Part shown: positions 60,232-64,000 of the stretch, piece after piece
Numbering within the stretch: the first letter of the stretch is position 1
How the letters are laid out: the number at the start of each line of letters is the position of its first letter
From: Callorhinchus milii
Taxonomy: Eukaryota
Direction: 5' to 3'
DNA length: 64,000 bases
Assembly: GCF_018977255.1 (NCBI RefSeq)
Contig: NW_024704742.1
Coordinates: forward strand, 132,248,001 to 132,312,000
Notes under the pieces: model-generated
The model's database searches: none
Told to the model about the DNA's origin: nothing
What the model saw: the letters and a program-made list of their open reading frames with translations, nothing else
Program-made: the position numbers and the translations under genes

Positions 60232-61123
60232 TGCTCATTTAATCTCGTTGCTCCAAAACATTCACCCAACAATCCCCCTGTCACTGCATCAAGCTACGTT
60301 TTAAATGAATCCAGTTTCCTGGCCTCAACTAACCTTCCTGGCAACCTGTTTCAGTCATTAATTACCCTCTGGGTAAAAAAAAAACTTCCTGGTGTCTAAT
60401 GAAATTGTCCTTTTAAGATAGCTTGGGTAAGGCATCTGGGGATCTAAGCTCAACCGATTCAGTAATATAGCTTAGCATCTTGTTGACCTTGTTTATTGCA
60501 GCTTCACACTTTTGACACGGTGAGCAATGAGTCAATGACACCCCCCATCCCCATTTTCCTCTTTATATATGCTCGGTTAACTAGTCCCCAGTTTCCTGGC
60601 CGTCCTTTGAACCATGAGATTACAGGACACAGCTGTGAAATGTACAAACACAACTGATTTAAAGCACAAGTAAAACAGGTTTCATTGATCCAATTTGCAG
60701 CATCTGGGCTTATGCTGTTGTGCTGTCAATCATTGGGTTGTACAATACACATAATTGACAATTGCACCTTTTCAGGCCAGTCAGACAAGGCAATTGTATT
60801 CAGCAAAATGTTTTCTGCGTTGTACACCAACTTTGCTTTTGCAGGCACGACTACTTATTAAATCAGCTAATGGTATCAGTACTTATTCCAAGGTTTTGTG
60901 ATATATTTTAGGCTTATTGGGACATGTGTCTGAGCTGCGGACAGGAAGATGGTGGCAATGCTCCCACGAATTTCAGGCTGAGATGTATGGCCCACAAAGA
61001 AGCTAACAGGGAATTCCTGGTACCTACCATTCCACCGAGGGAGGGCTCAAACTCATGATTGTTGAATGTCAAATGACGAACTACTGACTATCCTCCTTTG
61101 GGGAGAAGTTAAGCGGGGTCTCT

Positions 61124-61548
61124 TTGGAGCTGAACTGGCTCCAAGGTGATGTGTTTGGGAACAGAGTGTTGGAATCGAGCCAGGCTTCTGTACCAGTCTT
61201 GGTAGTCCAGTTCCTGAGCCAGGCGGGTCCGCAGCACTTCAGGGACTGCTGTTGACAGCACAGTCAGCCAATCTCATCAGCAGGACTTGAAAGGGCAGAT
61301 CAACTCCTGTTAACCCTGCAAGCCAAAGCCCTAATGGATAGGGAAGTTCTAGCTGGACAAGCAGAAGGAAAGCTTGCCAGACAGCAATATCAATGGTAAG
61401 CTATGCAATTTAACTGGTTAGACTCCAGCAGTACCCGAACATACAATCGGGGTCCCCAAGCCTTGGTTCTTGCCAACCTGTACCTAATACTTTCCAGAAT
61501 TAGGTGATAGGTATAAACATGTATCAGACACCCAGCTGACCAAAAAAA
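61124..61548 (+). repeat. Family D long copy with poly(A) and internal deletions
   Basis: TTGGAGCTGAACTGGCTCCAA..CAGACACCCAGCTGACCAAAAAAA. Confidence 0.85.
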
Positions 61549-61697
61549 TCATAGGCTGGCATCATCACAGTTGGTTAATCAAGGCTAGCTGTGTCATGTC
61601 TCGCTCACTTGTAGTGAGGTTCAGCATGTCTTATTTCTAAAATCATCGTCTATTTTTGATGTTTCTCACTTTGTAAACTGCCTGCCACAGTGTTTGT

Positions 61698-62010
61698 TCA
61701 CGCAAGCGAGCAGACCCGGGTTCAATTCCCAGGCAGGGCAAAGCCTTAGGCAAGTTTCCTCACTCTACACACCTCTGTGTACCTAGTAGTAAGTAGGAAC
61801 CCGTGTGTTAGTCGATTGGTGGATCACTTTCCAGGGATAAGAATCCCTTCCCAAAAAAATGTGATTACTCAATGCACGACTGTTTGCGGGCAATTGGCTG
61901 CCGCATTTCCCCACTAAATACAGTCAATCCACTTTATAATATATTCAGCAAAGGGTTTTGGGAGTCTCAAGGACATGATAAGGTGGTGTATCAAATGCAA
62001 GGATTATTAA
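61698..62010 (+). mobile_element. Type B SINE, 5'-clipped
   Basis: CCCGGGTTCAATTCCC, central block and tail. Confidence 0.85.
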
Positions 62011-62989
62011 AAAGATTGTGAATCGCTTTGAAGCGTCTTGACAATTTGATAAGGCACTATATAAAATGCAAGGATTACTATTGTTATTTGCTTTGGTAAA
62101 TGCAAAATAAAATCACATCAAAACACCTGAAAGAGTTTCACAAACATTTATCGGTTAATGTAAGTGAATGTATTTTTAGACAATTGCAATAGCCATTCAT
62201 CTCAAGCAACGTCCCACAAACAGCCTTGAGGTGAATGACCGATTAATCTGGGGGATTGTTGGCCCAAGCACACACCCACACAAAGATGTTTTGTTCACAC
62301 AGATATTGAAAGAGCTCACATCTCCATGAAATTAATTCAAATTCGTCTTCGCACAACAAACAGCAAGAAAACACATCACTTGCCAAAGTCAAGTGGAGCA
62401 TTGTATTGTTCAAGTGTTGAGTCCAGCCAACACTGATGGAATAAAAGCCTCCACTCGCCCTTTCTCTCTCTCTCTAATCACTATAAGAACCTGAAACAAA
62501 ATGTGTCCTGGGTCAGGATGAATCCAATTCCTCATGACATGTCCATAATGCAAAACTGCTCATCACGATTTGCAATCACAGAAGCCACAGGATAGCTGAT
62601 GTGAGCACTGGAAATGCCATGGAGTGGAATTGGGGGAGTGCTCTTTGGAGGGCAAAACAATGAAAATAAATTGTTGAGATGAAGTAGAAAAATGGCTACG
62701 TGCCAAGCCAGGGCTGTCTGACACCTTAAGATTTGCTCCCATTGTGAAAGACACTAGGTTAATTAAAGTGTTGTATATCATACATCAGCTGGGCTCGTCA
62801 GCTTTGGAAAAGAGTCATCTCAGAAATGTACCTTAAAGAGTTAGGTATGATGATGCCTAAGGGTTGGAGAAAATGAACCTGGAATGATATTTTTAGATAG
62901 TTCAAGATAGTAACATGCATGGCAAGAGGGTACACGTTGAAGGGTGGCAAGAACAAGGTTAGGATAGACACCAGGAATCCATGCATTTA

Positions 62990-63300
62990 GTTCAGCATCT
63001 TTCACATCGGGAAGAAGTATCAAAAAGCTTCACGGGAGATTCTATAAAGTGAAGTGATTGGGTATTTTGTCAGTAAATATAGCACATAGCAATGTTGCAC
63101 AAACAGCCAACAGGTAAATGAACAATTTTATTTGGGGGATTGTTGGCCAGGACGCTGGGAGAAACTCCCTTCTCTTTACGAATAGAACCATGGGATCTTT
63201 AATGCCAACCTAAACAAGCAGACTGGACTTCGCTTTAACATCTAATCAGAAGGACGGCACCTCCAATAATGCAGTGCTCACTCATTCGCATGTCAGTTTA
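62990..63300 (-). mobile_element. Type C SINE
   Basis: CCATGGGATCTTTAA..TTTAACATCTAATCAGAAGGACGGCACCTCCAA (Deu core, reverse) plus tail. Confidence 0.8.
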
Positions 63301-64000
63301 TAGTTTTTTGGGCAGTGTGTTCCATCTAAAAAAAAGTCAACAATACACAATAGCAAATTGCATTTGTTGCGAGCGTTCACTGCCACTTTCGATTTGCGAA
63401 CAACGAACTGAAAAACAGGGGAGGGAGGTATTTTGGGGGGCTTTGCCAGCACAGGATTCGTAATTCCATCGTTTTCCAATCTCACTCCTCATTGTGGCAA
63501 CCGCAAACGGTACATTGCAATTAAAGCAGCGAATACCATTTGGATACACTCCAATTTCGACCCTGTTGTCATTGAGATATAAGCCCATTTGCTGACATTC
63601 AGTGAACAAGGCAGAAGTTTTTATTAACAACCGAGGTCTTCTACCTTCTATGCTAATCCTCATGCAAGACAGAGGGTCAGAACACTCACTGACCGCCTTC
63701 ATATCGCTGATAACTGCAGGCAGATAATTACTGCCTAGAAATATTTTATAGCAAGTCTGTTAACTGGCACTTCTGCATGGCTGCACTGACATAATGAGAA
63801 CAACTGGATCATGGCTTTGCATCTCCCTCAGTCAGGGCGGCTCTGAACAAATCTCTCCACCAAGAGAAACCGGGTAGGAATTTATTCTCTTTTTAACAGC
63901 TGTTCCTCCTGCTGGAATGCAGCCTCAGTCCAGCATTGTGAGTCTTATTTCAAAACAAATGTCTCTGATAACTATTGCAATGTCCCCATTTTGGAATAAA

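Noticed and set aside
1..64000. CRISPR array, operon or prokaryotic defence/RT system
   Set aside because: No regularly spaced repeat-spacer array and no gene-dense coding; the RT is a vertebrate CR1 and the repeats are dispersed retroposons

Overview
Eukaryotic, non-coding, retroposon-dense vertebrate DNA. The mix of Deu-domain SINEs, CR1 and L2 LINEs and tRNA-Ala SINEs with (TTA)n tails points to a cartilaginous fish, probably a chimaera such as the elephant shark (inference, not a database result). No host protein-coding exon or true RNA gene could be supported. The only long ORF (29585-30790, minus) is a 5'-truncated CR1 reverse transcriptase sitting inside a SINE. By eye, half or more of the window is interspersed repeat: three related SINE types sharing one L2-type 3' tail (A: short and young; B: tRNA-Ala head plus a CORE/Meta-like block; C: Deu-domain), many L2 and CR1 3' fragments, one hAT-Charlie-like end, and two relics resembling AmnSINE2. 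There are also about 13 copies of an A-tailed repeat of at least 540 bp that I could not assign (family D). Between the repeats lie 0.3-1 kb unique, AT-rich islands with homeodomain/PBX-MEIS motifs, typical of a gene desert or large intron holding conserved enhancers. The best leads are family D, the stepwise modular evolution of the SINEs, the covarying SINE/L2 3' stem-loop, an antisense bias of nested insertions and a templated-insertion scar. I found no clear wholly new biological system. Repeat boundaries were read by eye and are approximate.
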